DNA of 49,904 bases from Octopus bimaculoides (lineage: Eukaryota). Both the position numbers and the translations under genes were made by a program. Below, in pieces: positions 36,413 to 48,949 of the stretch; the first letter of the stretch is position 1, and the number at the start of each line of letters is the position of its first letter. Location of the stretch: positions 27,267,388-27,317,291 of the forward strand of contig NC_068990.1 in NCBI RefSeq assembly GCF_001194135.2, given 5' to 3'. The notes under the pieces are model-generated. The model was not told the DNA's origin, did not search any database, and saw nothing but the letters and a program-made list of their open reading frames with translations.

Positions 36413-36627
36413 TTGTGTGTCTGTGTTTGTCCTAGCATTGCTTGACAACCGATGCTGGTGTGTTTATGTCCCCGTCACTTAGCGGTTCGGCAAAAAGAGA
36501 CCGAAAGAATAAGTACTAGGCTTACAAAGAATAAGTCCCCGGGTCGATTTGCTCGACTAAAGGCGGTGCTCCAGTATGGCCGCAGTCAAATGACTGAAAC
36601 AAGTAAAAGAGTAAAAGAGTAAAGAGT
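36288..36627 (+). mobile_element. Young family-B SINE, 5' end in gap
   Basis: Intact 3' part ending tgactgaaacaagtaaaagagtaaaagagtaaagag. Confidence 0.9.
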
Positions 36628-36909
36628 ATGTGTGTGTATATAAAACCCCGAATTTAATCAATAAAAATTTCTCTACGCGACTCTTTCACAACCTAATAAC
36701 CATTTAATTGAACCCTACAAATCGCTTCAAACATTTATCGCAACAGTCTCTACCGAGATTAACTTAATGCATACCAGTTCGGTGATGGCATAGCTGGTCG
36801 AAACTTCGAAGTCACTATCTTCCCGATGAATAATAAGTTTGTACTCTACACAAGTATGGACTAATTCTCCAGATTATTTTAGCATCCTTTTAATTTTAAC
36901 TGAACATAG

Positions 36910-36964
<55 letters not shown>

Positions 36965-37749
36965 NNNNNNNNNNNNNNNNNNNNNNNNNNNNNNNNNNNN
37001 NNNNNNNNNNNNNNNNNNNNNNNNNNNNNNNNNNNNNNNNNNNNNNNNNNNNNNNNNNNNNNNNNNNNNNNNNNNNNNNNNNNNNNNNNNNNNNNNNNNN
37101 NNNNNNNNNNNNNNNNNNNNNNNNNNNNNNNNNNNNNNNNNNNNNNNNNNNNNNNNNNNNNNNNNNNNNNNNNNNNNNNNNNNNNNNNNNNNNNNNNNNN
37201 NNNNNNNNNNNNNNNNNNNNNNNNNNNNNNNNNNNNNNNNNNNNNNNNNNNNNNNNNNNNNNNNNNNNNNNNNNNNNNNNNNNNNNNNNNNNNNNNNNNN
37301 NNNNNNNNNNNNNNNNNNNNNNNNNNNNNNNNNNNNNNNNNNNNNNNNNNNNNNNNNNNNNNNNNNNNNNNNNNNNNNNNNNNNNNNNNNNNNNNNNNNN
37401 NNNNNNNAAAATAAAACAATTCCAAGACTTCCTTTTTATACAACGCTAGAATGCCTATCATGTTTACAGGATATGTGGGATCATGTCACACAAGCAGTTT
37501 TGATATTTTTCTATGCAAAGGAGATGTTCAACTCCATAGTTACGTAATATTATTTATATTTTTTATATGTACTTCAAGAACCAGTTAGAAAAGTGTGATA
37601 TAGAAGTGCTAATGTTTTGTTTATTTAAAACGTTTTTGTAATTCTTTCTACCATCATCATCATCACCATCATAATCAACAACAACAACTCCTGGACATTA
37701 CTATCTCGAATCCTAGAATCCATAGAGACATTTACCTGATTTCCGTGGC

Positions 37750-37915
37750 GTATAAGTGAGATCACAACGTTCGCCTTCAATGAGACGCCAGTCTGTTGCA
37801 GAGTTTCTCATTCACGGCTAAGTAGACCGGAGCAATGCGAAGTAAAGTGCGAGAATCGAAACTACGATCTTACGATTACGAGTGTAACGTTTTAACCATA
37901 GGCCACGCGCTTCAC
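37750..37915 (-). mobile_element. Internally deleted core-type SINE
   Basis: ggctaagtagaccggagcaatgcgaagtaaagtg | gagaatcgaaactacgatcttacgattacgagt...taaccataggccacgcgcttc. Confidence 0.6.
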
Positions 37916-39014
37916 TTTTTCAGATTAAAAAATACACAAACTTGCATGAATTCAGAGACACACATACACATGTACACGCAAACATATATATATGTGTGTG
38001 TGCGTGTTTATGTCTGTGTGTGTGTTTGTGTGAAAGTGTATGTGTTTGTGTGAATGTGTGTGTTTGTATACATGTTATATATACAAATATATATGTATAC
38101 TAGGGACACACATATCTATGTGTACGTGTTCTTGTTTGTGTGTGTATATATATATATAATTAATAATGATTTTCTCTGGATAATTTTTGAATTGAAACAG
38201 AGGTACTACTCATTTTTGCCAGCTGAGTGTATGTATATACGTAAATTTATGTATATGTCTGTATATATATACTCATACACCAACGTCAATATATGAGTGT
38301 ATATACGCATACACTAACATCTACATAAGTGTGTTTGTGCACACGCATATATAGTTATATGTATACGCAAATGCAAACATATATATTGACTTATATAACT
38401 ACACTGCAAGCACCAGTGGCGAGAGTATGTGACTTGTTAAGATATGACGTGATTACAGTAAATGTTTCGTCTCTATATCGTTACTGACCCTCCACAACAC
38501 TCAGGGAAAGATAGTGGGGTGAAAAGAAGCATGCACCAATATTTAGCTGGTACATATTAGTCTAAGCCCTTTAATTTCATCCCCTCCCATATATATATTC
38601 TATATATATATATATATATATNNNNNNNNNNNNNNNNNNNNNNNNNNNNNNNNNNNNNNNNNNNNNNNNNNNNNNNNNNNNNNNNNNNNNNNNNNNNNNN
38701 NNNNNNNNNNNNNNNNNNNNNNNNNNNNNNNNNNNNNNNNNNNNNNNNNNNNNNNNNNNNNNNNNNNNNNNNNNNNNNNNNNNNNNNNNNNNNNNNNNNN
38801 NNNNNNNNNNNNNNNNNNNNNNNNNNNNNNNNNNNNNNNNNNNNNNNNNNNNNNNNNNNNNNNNNNNNNNNNNNNNNNNNNNNNNNNNNNNNNNNNNNNN
38901 NNNNNNNNNNNNNNNNNNNNNNNNNNNNNNNNNNNNNNNNNNNNNNNNNNNNNNNNNNNNNNNNNNNNNNNNNNNNNNNNNNNNNNNNNNNNNNNNNNNN
39001 NNNNNNNNNNNNNN

Positions 39015-39064
<50 letters not shown>

Positions 39065-42000
39065 TTGTGTGTGTGCATGTAATAAAGCTTTATGTTTATT
39101 TTACTTTCCTTTTTACTTCACTATTATTTGTTTGTTTATTCCAAGATAAATTGTTCCTCTCGCTTCATCACAATCAAGTCTTTCTGTTGTCTAACGATAA
39201 AATAGCTTGATGCATTGTTTCTGCCCTTTTGTTAGGTTATTTTCAAATTGAAATAAAGTGTTACTCACTTGAATGCTAAGCTGGATTATATTCTAAAGCC
39301 TGAGGCAAAGCTGAACTGCAAGCTAAAATCTCAAGTATTTCATTACATTTACCATAGCAATTTATATTTTTCTATTTCTTTGAATATTTTCTGTTCTTGG
39401 AATAACAATAATAAAATAAATATGGCCATGCAATCTGTACGCTTCATTAATTTTTTTGTTGCAGTCATTGTTTTTCTCGTGCTCGTAATAGTTCTGTGCT
39501 AAATCCGTTCATCATAAACTTCCAATGCATTCCTGTTTAATTTTGTTTTTCCAGATGAAAGACGGGTACAATAGAGACATCAGAAAACACCTATTTTCTA
39601 TCCGAACGCATTGATATTATTTGACCTCAATTATGTGATTCTATTCTCCGTTCACATCACCGTATGACCGCTGTACATGTCATACAAGCACCACATCAAT
39701 TCTGCCTAAAACGGAGTTTAATACTCAACCAATACCATCAACATTGTATTCTTCTGCTGAAGGTTATAAAAAAAAATTGTAGATTCTATTTTTTTCCCGC
39801 TTCTCTGAGAAGGGTATGTCCATAATTTTACATCAACATTGTAATTTGGATTTTATGCATGATAAGTGCAAGAACATAACACGTAATATTCTATAGAGTC
39901 AGAATCACTTAAATGTTACGTGAAAGCGGGAGATCAAAGATGGATGTTAATACGCCCGGACAGAAAAGAAAACACAAAGACAAAATGGCACAGTCAGATA
40001 TGTGGCGGATATGCTTCTTATGTATATGAATATTTTACAGCCCACACTTAACACTAGAACGTGACTACAAGATATACATATATATCGAGAGATAACGCTG
40101 ATATTTTTGCTACTTCAGATAGGAAAATTCTTTCTAATTTAGGGATATGTAAGGTTAATTTCCAAACAATATCTGACTTAAAAATAGGGCGCATAAATAA
40201 AAGTCAAATGTATATAATGAAAATATATATAGAAAGCCAAATGAAAACTCAAGTTATATAAACCACGAAAAAATCCATTAGTGTTATAAATATAGCGAGC
40301 ATATATTTTTAGATTGTTATCTAAGTCCTGAAGCAAAGACGATTGACACATCACATGTTGAATGAACAAAATAAATAATAAAACATGGCAAAATCTGAAA
40401 TTCTACGTGCATAATATAAACCAAGAGCAAAAAGAGAAACACGATATAGTGTGGGAAATGTTTATAAGGAAAAACATCTAACGTTGGAAAAAGAGAAAAC
40501 TAAACATCAATAAATAAATAAATTGATATATCTCTCTTTGATAAACCATAATGATAAAATAGCAATAACAATGATAAAGGCAATCTCAGTCATCGGAGAC
40601 ATACCGAGACGGATGTGAAAGTAATGACCAGGGAAAAGCACGGTTGGTGCATAAAGTGAAGATCTGGAGAGCATCTGGAAATAATAAAGTCCCAAACCAA
40701 TGATAAAATAGTTCAACCCTGCTTAGAAAATGCATAGGCTTGATGGCAATATTATTACAGATAATATATGATCAACGGCAGATAAAAATATAAAACTGAA
40801 AAGGGTGCTTTACAGATTAAAGTGGTTTGGAACAAGTTAGACATATCCTTGCAAACCCGCTTTCTAGGATACAGTGATGAAGTGAATGGCCCAGTTGAGG
40901 CCTTATAAAGTGCGCTATGAATTTCACAAACAATATCCATTTGTTTATGATTTTAAAAACAATATCCATTTCTTACTGATGAATGAATACAAACAAAACA
41001 TTGGATTATTGTGACAACTTATTCACAAAGTAAAGCAACGCTAATTGTTGGTGAATTGGTAGAATTGTTTGTATCGAACAGAATGCTTCATGGTATTTAT
41101 TTCGACTGTCAGCGCTCCGAGTTCAAATCCTGTATAAGACAACTGTACCTTTTTTATTTTTCAAGGTAAATGAAAAAGTTACACTTCAAGGCTATGGGTA
41201 GGTATTCCGAGTGCAAATTACAGCTTGGTCTACTTGAGTGATGGGGTTAATCTGTCGCTCTGCTTTACATCTCCTCCTGGAATTTTAAGTGAAGTCATTT
41301 CTGTTGCAAGCCTTCCGGTTTAAACTAACCTTCGTTTTTTTTTCCTGCCATCAGTTTCAGAGGCCATGTGAAAAATCGAGCCATGCCTTCGCTCCTGAGT
41401 AAAATACGGAAAAAAATGCGGGTACATTTCTCAATATTCAAACATACACCCTTCTCTACAATTCTGTTCTCTCTGACGCTGCCATATATAAACACGCCGA
41501 TCGGAGTATCATACAATAGAAATCAATAATTCCGTAAATCGATACATTCAAGCTCTAAACGACCAAAAACATGAATCATACGGTACACAAATTCAATCGA
41601 GAAATGTGATTTGGAAAATTTTACTAAGATATCCGTGATGATAGGAAAACTAATTGGACTGATAGAATAAAAAAAAAAAGAGAAACGTACAAGAACTTTA
41701 GACTAAGTAAAACATAGTGAGTAATTAAGGACCAGACAGGGTAAAAGACACAAACAAAAGAATGAAAAGCAAGGAATAAAATCGATACTCTAGATTAATT
41801 GGCGAAACTCAAATAGATGACGAAAATATGGAAATAAGTATCAATTCTTTAGCTGCTATGGAAATAAATTACAGCGAAGTTAGTTTTCAACTTACTAAGA
41901 CATTTAACCCAAGAAAAGAAAACATAGACAATAATGCGAAAAGTCTCAGTAATAAAAGAAAGAAATAACATAAAATTGAAATTTATAACATTTGTTTAAC

Positions 42001-42917
42001 GCTGGAAGAAGGAAAAGTAGAAATGTGAAAAATGCTACACGTGTCCGAGTTGAAACCTTTGCCAAAGAAAAGCTGAGAATACACGAAGAAAGAATCGGCG
42101 GAGAAGAAAAAAATGACAAAAACAATTTGGGGTTTGGAAATTTTAGATGACATTAGTTTGTTGGTATGGTGGGGTATGGAAAGTGGCCGGAAGGTGTAAG
42201 GAGGGGAACGGAGTTTTATGGTTCTATGTCCGGACATTTTTGAACATAAAGATATTGATACCAACTCGAAAGACAAGAAAACCATCTAAACCGATTATAG
42301 AAAAGAAAGCAAAATTCATTGTTTATAAGTTATATTATAACATTATTTTACGTACGTTTCATTAACATCAGATGACTATTGTTACATGTAGCAAATTACA
42401 AAATCAAAGCTTACTGTCAAATCGTTAGAGATGTGTAATTATGAAACGTAATATTGCTGGAGTGAAAACATTACAGTCGTCACCATCGTGAAGATAGGTT
42501 GCGATTGTACCCAGTCTGTTAGTGGAAGGGCGCCATATAGATGTTAGAACAAAAAACTATAACACAGGAGAGAGAAGTGTCTGGAAGACAAGAGAAAGAG
42601 CACAATCAGAATGACTATAAACTAGATTCTGTTATTTTCCAATGGTTTTATTTTTTCCCCTGATCTTTGCTTTCGTTTAATGTACGTAGTCAAAGTTCGA
42701 CAGTCCTAAAATTTGGCGATGTGCACATGTTGTCTGTTCAACTAGATCCATTATAACAATTTAGATGCTCTCTTTTACTCTTTTGTGTCAATCATTTGCC
42801 TGCGGCCATGCTGGAGCACCGCCTTTAGTCGAACAAATCGAACCCAGAGCTTATTCTTTGTACATTATTTACATTATCTACATTTGACGGATATTCGTCC
42901 TCATCTTGTTTGTTGTT

Positions 42918-42963
42918 AACACAACGTTTCGGCTGATATACCCTCCAGCCTTCGTCAGGTGTC
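42918..42963 (-). ncRNA. Minimal hammerhead ribozyme motif (left arm, copy 2)
   Basis: Reverse complement identical to 13719-13764. Confidence 0.6.
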
Positions 42964-43054
42964 TTGGGGAAATTTCCAACCTGGGTTCTCATTCCTATCG
43001 ATGTTACTATTATTATTATTATTATTATATTATTATTATTATTATTATTAATCA

Positions 43055-43118
43055 GGTCGCTGCCGTGAATCGAACTCGGAACCTTGGGGTTAGTAGCCCG
43101 CGCTCTTAACCACTACGC
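43055..43118 (-). promoter_or_regulatory. tRNA-like Pol III internal promoter (head of the element arm)
   Basis: Reverse complement gcgtagtggttaagagcgcgggctactaaccccaaggttccgagttcgattcacggcagcgac has an A-box-like gcgtagtgg and a B-box GTTCGATTC. The anticodon-like loop has a short imperfect stem. Confidence 0.75.
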
Positions 43119-43378
43119 NNNNNNNNNNNNNNNNNNNNNNNNNNNNNNNNNNNNNNNNNNNNNNNNNNNNNNNNNNNNNNNNNNNNNNNNNNNNNNNNNN
43201 NNNNNNNNNNNNNNNNNNNNNNNNNNNNNNNNNNNNNNNNNNNNNNNNNNNNNNNNNNNNNNNNNNNNNNGATTCACGGCAGCGACCTGATTAATAATAA
43301 TAATAATAATAATATAATAATAATAATAATAATAGTAACATCGATAGGAATGAGAACCCAGGTTGGAAATTTCCCCAA

Positions 43379-43424
43379 GACACCTGACGAAGGCTGGAGG
43401 GTATATCAGCCGAAACGTTGTGTT
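43379..43424 (+). ncRNA. Minimal hammerhead ribozyme motif (right arm, copy 2)
   Basis: gacac CTGACGA a ggctg gagggtatat cagcc GAAA cg T T gtgtt. Confidence 0.6.
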
Positions 43425-43844
43425 AACAACAAACAAGATGAGGACGAATATCCGTCAAATGTAGATAATGTAAATAATGTAAATAATTCCTCATCTCTTA
43501 AATATAGAACTGTATTATTCTTTGTAAGCCTAGTACTTATTCTATCGATGTGTTTTGCCGAACCGCTACGTTACGGGGACGTAGACACACCAATATCGGT
43601 TGTCAGGCGATGGTAGTAAGACAAGCACAGACACAAACATATATATATAGATACACACACACATATATATATATGAGAGAGCGAGAGAGAGAGAGAGAGA
43701 AAGAGAGAGAGTAGCCTCGAAATGTTAAAAGATTTTCTTACATTCCTAAACGTCAAACTAATACACCTGCTTGTTGTCTTATACACCTGTCTTCGTGTTT
43801 TGTTTTTCTGTAAATTTCACACACACACACACATACACACACAT

Positions 43845-44002
43845 ACGACAGGCGTCTTTCAGTTTCCGTTTACAAATCCACTCACCAGGCTTTGGTCGGC
43901 CCGTGGCTGGAGCAGAAGACACTATCCCATGGTGCCACGTAGTGGGACTGAAACCGGATCCATGTGGTTGATAACCAAGCTACTTACCACACAGCCGTTC
44001 CT
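43845..44002 (-). mobile_element. Family-B SINE 5' half
   Basis: cgacaggcgtctttcagtttccgt...gccacgtagtgggactgaaaccgg...gctacttaccacacagcc. Confidence 0.9.
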
Positions 44003-44864
44003 AGCAAAAATTTCGTCTGTAATTAAAATCTGCATAGTTGAGAAAAACACCCAACATTAATTCTTTGAAACTCTGAAAGAAAACAACGGTGAGATAATCC
44101 AAAAAAAAAAAAAACAGCGACAGGACAAAATGTCGAAAAGATAATTCACGAGCTTTTGGGAGATATATTATCCTTACTCCGATGCACGGGACAAATATAA
44201 AAAGGTTTAGTCCACCAAACATCATCTGCATGTTAAGTTTCCTTAACTTTCCCTTAAAAGTGTTAAAGGGGAAACACGACAACGAATTTATTATATTCGA
44301 ATATTTCTTTTTTTTTCTTTTTTAGGATAGATCGTACATCCTATGGGATACACACATTATTCTCAGTCAAAGAAAGATAAAATAAACGGTGGAACAATAT
44401 TTGCCCTCCAGTTGACAACAGTGTAGCGATGGTATTAGCACTAAATTACTTTAACAAGGAGCAAATCAAGTTTGTTTTAAAACTGAATCATTAAATAAAA
44501 ATGAAATATTTAATAAGAAAAACACGAAGAGAGATAAATATTTGTTCTTCATTTATCATTTTTATTTATTGGTTATTTCCATATTTGTTTTAACATCTCG
44601 CTCTGCAAATGTGCCTCAGAGAATATTCAAGCAAATTTCCTATGCGTGCAATATGTGTATGTGAGTTTATAAATGTTTGTTTACAAATATATATATATAA
44701 ACACACGCATATATACTTTTGTTTTACATTAACGTTCATCCTCAGATTTGCGTTTGACCTTTACATATAATTTCAGATAAATTTTATTTTTTTCAAATTT
44801 TTCTCTTCTTTCTCGCTTCTTGCTATACCTTCGTTCATGTTTCATTTTCACTAAAATTATACAT

Positions 44865-45231
44865 TATTATTATTATTATTACTATTATTGTTGTTGCTGT
44901 TGTTGTTGTTGTTCTTCTTCTTCTTGTTGATGATGTTGTTGTTGTTGTCGTTGTTCATACCGTTGCCATTGTTTTTTTTTCTCCTGCAAGAAAAGGGAAT
45001 AAGGACATCTTGGAAAACGTTTGCAACTTGTTTATATACTACTACTACTACTACTACTACTACTACCTCTTCTTACTCTTCTTCTTCTCTTTCACCCTTC
45101 TCTTCCCTTCATTCTCCCCTCTCATTCCTCTTCCTCCTCATCACCATCATCGTCATTAGCATCTTTTTACTTCTTTTTCTTCTCCTCCTCCCCTCCTAGC
45201 TTCTCCCTCTTCTCCTTTTTCCACTTTTTCC

Positions 45232-45262
<31 letters not shown>

Positions 45263-45415
45263 CTTCTTCTTCTTCTTCTTCTCCTCCTCCTTCCTCATCA
45301 TCGTCAGCTTGTGTTTCGTCCATTTCCACTACTCCATCATCTTTCTCGTTACTCTTATCATTGTTGTTGTTTCTGCAATTGCTATTATTGTCGATGTTGT
45401 TGTTGTTGCTAAGAG
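44865..45415. repeat. Compound trinucleotide array (ATT/GTT/CTA/CTT)
   Basis: Read directly. Confidence 0.95.
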
Positions 45416-45866
45416 AATTTATACTTAAATGCTAAGGACAAATACCTAACAGCTATATTACACCATATTACAAGAATACATCTGCAAGTGGTAACAGCAA
45501 CAAAAAAAACCTAAAAATAAAATTAAAATAAAATAAGATTAAAAAAAAACAGCAGCAACAAACCATCTGTACATGACAATCTGCAGAGCACCGACGAATT
45601 TTTCTTTTACAATAGAGAAGAGAAATAAAAATATATCAGAAAATTTTAGTATGTTTTCCGATTGCCAGTGAAGGTTCCATATTTAAGTAACGTGTTGCCA
45701 TATATGTTAGTTTGACAGGCAGAATATGTTGGTATTCTAACCGTATTCTGTTTACTTTCTAATATTTTAGTTGGGTAAAAGGCACCGAGCTGCTCACAGA
45801 ATCGTTAGCACACCGGACAAAGTGCTTAGCGGTATTTGATCTGTCTTAATGTTTAGGGGTTCAATT

Positions 45867-46550
45867 CAGGGCTGTGGAGTCGGAATCCGAGTCGTGGCGT
45901 CGTAGTCGGAAATAATTAAGGGGTTACTGGAGCCGCAGTGGAGGCGCACAGGCCCAGTGGTTAGGGCAGCGGCCTCGCGGTCATAGGATCGCGGTTTCGA
46001 TTCCCAGACCGGGCGTTGTGAGTGTTTATTGAGCGAAAACACCTAAAGCTCCACGAAGCTCCGGCAGGGGATGGTGGCGAACACTGATGTACTCTTTCAC
46101 CACAACTTTCTCTCACTCTTACTTCCTGTTTCTGTTGTGCCTGTAATTCAAAGGGTCAGCCTTGTCATACTGTGTCACGCTGAATATCCCCGAGAACTAC
46201 GTTATGGGTACACGTGTCTGTGGAGTGCTCAGCCACTTGCACGTTAATTTCACGAGCAGGCTGTTCCATTGATCGGATCAACTGGAAGCCTCGACGTCGT
46301 AAGCGACGGAGTGCCAACAACAACAACAACTGGAGTCGGAATCGGTAAAATTATACCGACTCCGACACATGATGTCATTATTCTTTAATATAAACCAGTT
46401 ATAAGATATAGGCCTACTCAGAATACAAGCGTATGCATATGCATTATGAGATATGTAGACCACAATCACTACTAAAGAGGAGTCGGAGGTGACAATAGTA
46501 GAGGAATCGGAGTCAGAGTTAAAGGTTTTTGTTTCGACTCCAAAGCCCTG
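45867..46550. mobile_element. Non-autonomous hAT-type MITE with ggagtcgg subterminal repeats
   Basis: 16-bp TIR cagggctgtggagtcg / cgactccaaagccctg (one mismatch); 8-bp TSD gttcaatt (45859-45866) / gttcaaat (46551-46558). Confidence 0.85.
45933..46328 (+). mobile_element. Full-length family-C SINE with RTE-like (CAA)n tail
   Basis: tRNA-like head; tail gtcgtaagcgacggagtgccaacaacaacaac; 7-bp TSD actggag at 45926-45932 and 46329-46335. Confidence 0.9.
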
Positions 46551-46786
46551 GTTCAAATATCGCCTTTCATTCTTTCAGGGACGATAAAATAAGTACCGGT
46601 TGAGCACTAGGGGTCGATGTAATCGACTTAATCCCCTCACGCGAAGTTGCTGGCCTTGTGTCAAAAATTAGAAAGCAGTATTTCAGTAGAGTACAGAACG
46701 AATGCGTTGAGGTGTTTCGTTTAGCTGAAGGCTTTGAGTCCATTCATGAATAATTGCAAATCTCCAGCATTGTAGTCTCGTATATG

Positions 46787-46819
<33 letters not shown>

Positions 46820-47468
46820 NNNNNNNNNNNNNNNNNNNNNNNNNNNNNNNNNNNNNNNNNNNNNNNNNNNNNNNNNNNNNNNNNNNNNNNNNNNNNNNNN
46901 NNNNNNNNNNNNNNNNNNNNNNNNNNNNNNNNNNNNNNNNNNNNNNNNNNNNNNNNNNNNNNNNNNNNNNNNNNNNNNNNNNNNNNNNNNNNNNNNNNNN
47001 NNNNNNNNNNNNNNNNNNNNNNNNNNNNNNNNNNNNNNNNNNNNNNNNNNNNNNNNNNNNNNNNNNNNNNNNNNNNNNNNNNNNNNNNNNNNNNNNNNNN
47101 NNNNNNNNNNNNNNNNNNNNNNNNNNNNNNNNNNNNNNNNNNNNNNNNNNNNNNNNNNNNNNNNNNNNNNNNNNNNNNNNNNNNNNNNNNNNNNNNNNNN
47201 NNNNNNNNNNNNNNNNNNNNNNNNNNNNNNNNNNNNNNNNNNNNNNNNNNNNNNNNNNNNNNNNNNNNNNNNNNNNNNNNNNNNNNNNNNNNNNNNNNNN
47301 NNNNNNNNNNNNNNNNNNNNNNNNNNNNNNNNNNNNNNNNNNNNNNNNNNNNNNNNNNNNNNNNNNNNNNNNNNNNNNNNNNNNNNNNNNNNNNNNNNNN
47401 NNNNNNNNNNNNNNNNNNNNNNNNNNNNNNNNNNNNNNNNNNNNNNNNNNNNNNNNNNNNNNNNNNNN

Positions 47469-47526
<58 letters not shown>

Positions 47527-47725
47527 CATATACATAGCTAAAGATATACACTCAAAAACCTGCATATAAACTCGCATACATAGAAATATACACAGACAAA
47601 ACACACAAACATGAACACAAATTGTCAGAATGATGACAACCATAACTTTACAAGTCTGCAAATCTCCATACTTCAAATATCTAATATAATAGTGACTCTC
47701 TCAGCCAATCTGCTGTTTAACAAGC

Positions 47726-47728
<3 letters not shown>

Positions 47729-47797
<69 letters not shown>

Positions 47798-48510
47798 TGT
47801 ATGCGTGCGTGTGTATATTTTTGGGTGTATGTGGCATACCCCTGTGTATAATGAGGCTATGTGTTGTTATGTAAGCTTGTGCCTATGTAGTATGTGACAG
47901 GGTGAGGATTTGTGTATCACCATGATATATATATGCGGTTTTCTGTCTATGTATGTGTGTATGTGTGTATTCCTGTGTGTGTTGTGCGAGTGTGTTTGCA
48001 TGTGTTGTGTGCGCCTATGTGTGTGTATATTTGTGTGTATGTATGTGTGTGTATGCATGTGTGCGTGTGTGTCTGTTTGTATTTGTGTGTGTATACGTGT
48101 GTGCCTATGTGTGTGTATGTGTGCCCTTCGTATTTGTGTGTGTGTATGTTTGTGTGTATGTGCATGTGTGTGTATATGTGCACGCGCGTATGTATATTTC
48201 TGTGTGTGTATGTGTCTGTGTCTCGTATGTGTGTGTATTTGTGTGTGTGTGTGTGTGTGTATGTGTATCTGTGTGTGTATGTGTGCATACGCGCGTATTG
48301 TGTGTGTATGTGCGTGTGTGTGTGTATGAGTATATGTGTATGTGTGCGTATGTGTTTGCATATGTAAGTGTGTGTGCTTATGTAAGTGTGTGTGTATATT
48401 TAAGTTTGTGTGTATGTGTGTGCATATAAGTGTGTGTGTATGCGTGTGTATGTAAGTTTGTGTGTAAATGTGTGTGTAATGTATGTGTGTGTGTGTGTGA
48501 GTGTGTGTAT

Positions 48511-48585
<75 letters not shown>
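47729..48585. repeat. Long degenerate (TG)n/(TA) array
   Basis: Read directly; source of the HTHT/CVCV ORFs. Confidence 0.95.
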
Positions 48586-48587
<2 letters not shown>

Positions 48588-48949
48588 AAAGGTGTTTTGT
48601 CAATGCTAAAATTTGGAACCGAAATTTGCGCTGAAGCTATGTACCGTGAAACATTGTGTTTCAATTACGTTTTCAAGATTTGATTTAAACAGACAAGAGC
48701 ATTAATAATGAATATTGTTCAAACAATATTTTGAGGGAGACCTATAAATAATTAATGTAAACGTACGCTGGCATAGACAGCTTAATATGACGTTCGTTTC
48801 GCAATCATATGGTTTCGTGCTGGATTGAACCGCACGGAAGATTAATCAAGATTTTAAAGTGAAATTTGCTAGACGGAAACGAAAATAGTTGATGCATCAT
48901 TTCCTAAATATTCTCTGAGTAATCTACAATGATGTTGCTGTGACAGCGC

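Larger units (their letters stand above)
42863..43514. mobile_element. Palindromic tRNA-headed hammerhead element, copy 2
   Basis: Inverted arms 42863-43118 and 43271-43514 around an N-gap; perfect 12-bp TSD ttattctttgta at 42851-42862 and 43515-43526. Confidence 0.9.
42769..43625 (-). mobile_element. Family-B SINE 3' half hosting palindromic element copy 2
   Basis: cttttactc...gcggccatgctggagcaccgcctttagtcgaac...ttattctttgta | agcctagtacttattctatcg...ccgaaccgct...tcggttgtcaggcgatg is contiguous once the insert and one TSD copy are removed. Confidence 0.9.
45781..46672 (+). mobile_element. Family-A SINE interrupted by a hAT MITE
   Basis: ggcaccgagctg...gtgcttagcggtattt...gggttcaatt (45781-45866) resumes at 46551 as gttcaaatatcgcctttcattctttcaggg...aagtacc...ggggtcgatgtaatcgac...ggccttgtg. 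Confidence 0.8.

Noticed and set aside
36778-36815. gtgatggcatagctggtcgaaacttcgaag, hammerhead-like
   Set aside because: Core is mismatched at two positions and stems I and II do not pair.
39540-39614. Acceptor followed by MKDGYNRDIRKHLFSIRTH*
   Set aside because: Only 19 codons. It faintly resembles a CR1/L2 RT C-terminus but is too short to call either exon or LINE.
41990-42155. Lys/Glu-rich open stretch possibly from an L1/Tx1 ORF2 end
   Set aside because: Similarity too vague to support by eye.
43055-43118. Possible genuine tRNA gene (also 14839-14914, 45938-46015)
   Set aside because: Cloverleaf stems are imperfect, there is no TTTT terminator after the head, and each is part of a repeat family; treated as SINE heads.
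44888-45428. Hydrophobic poly-L/F ORFs resembling signal or TM segments
   Set aside because: Trinucleotide microsatellite translation.
1584-48683. Dozens of ORFs reading YIYI, HTHT, CVCV, LSIY, poly-X
   Set aside because: They are translations of (TA)n, (CA)n, (TCTA)n tracts or of N-gaps, which lack stop codons.
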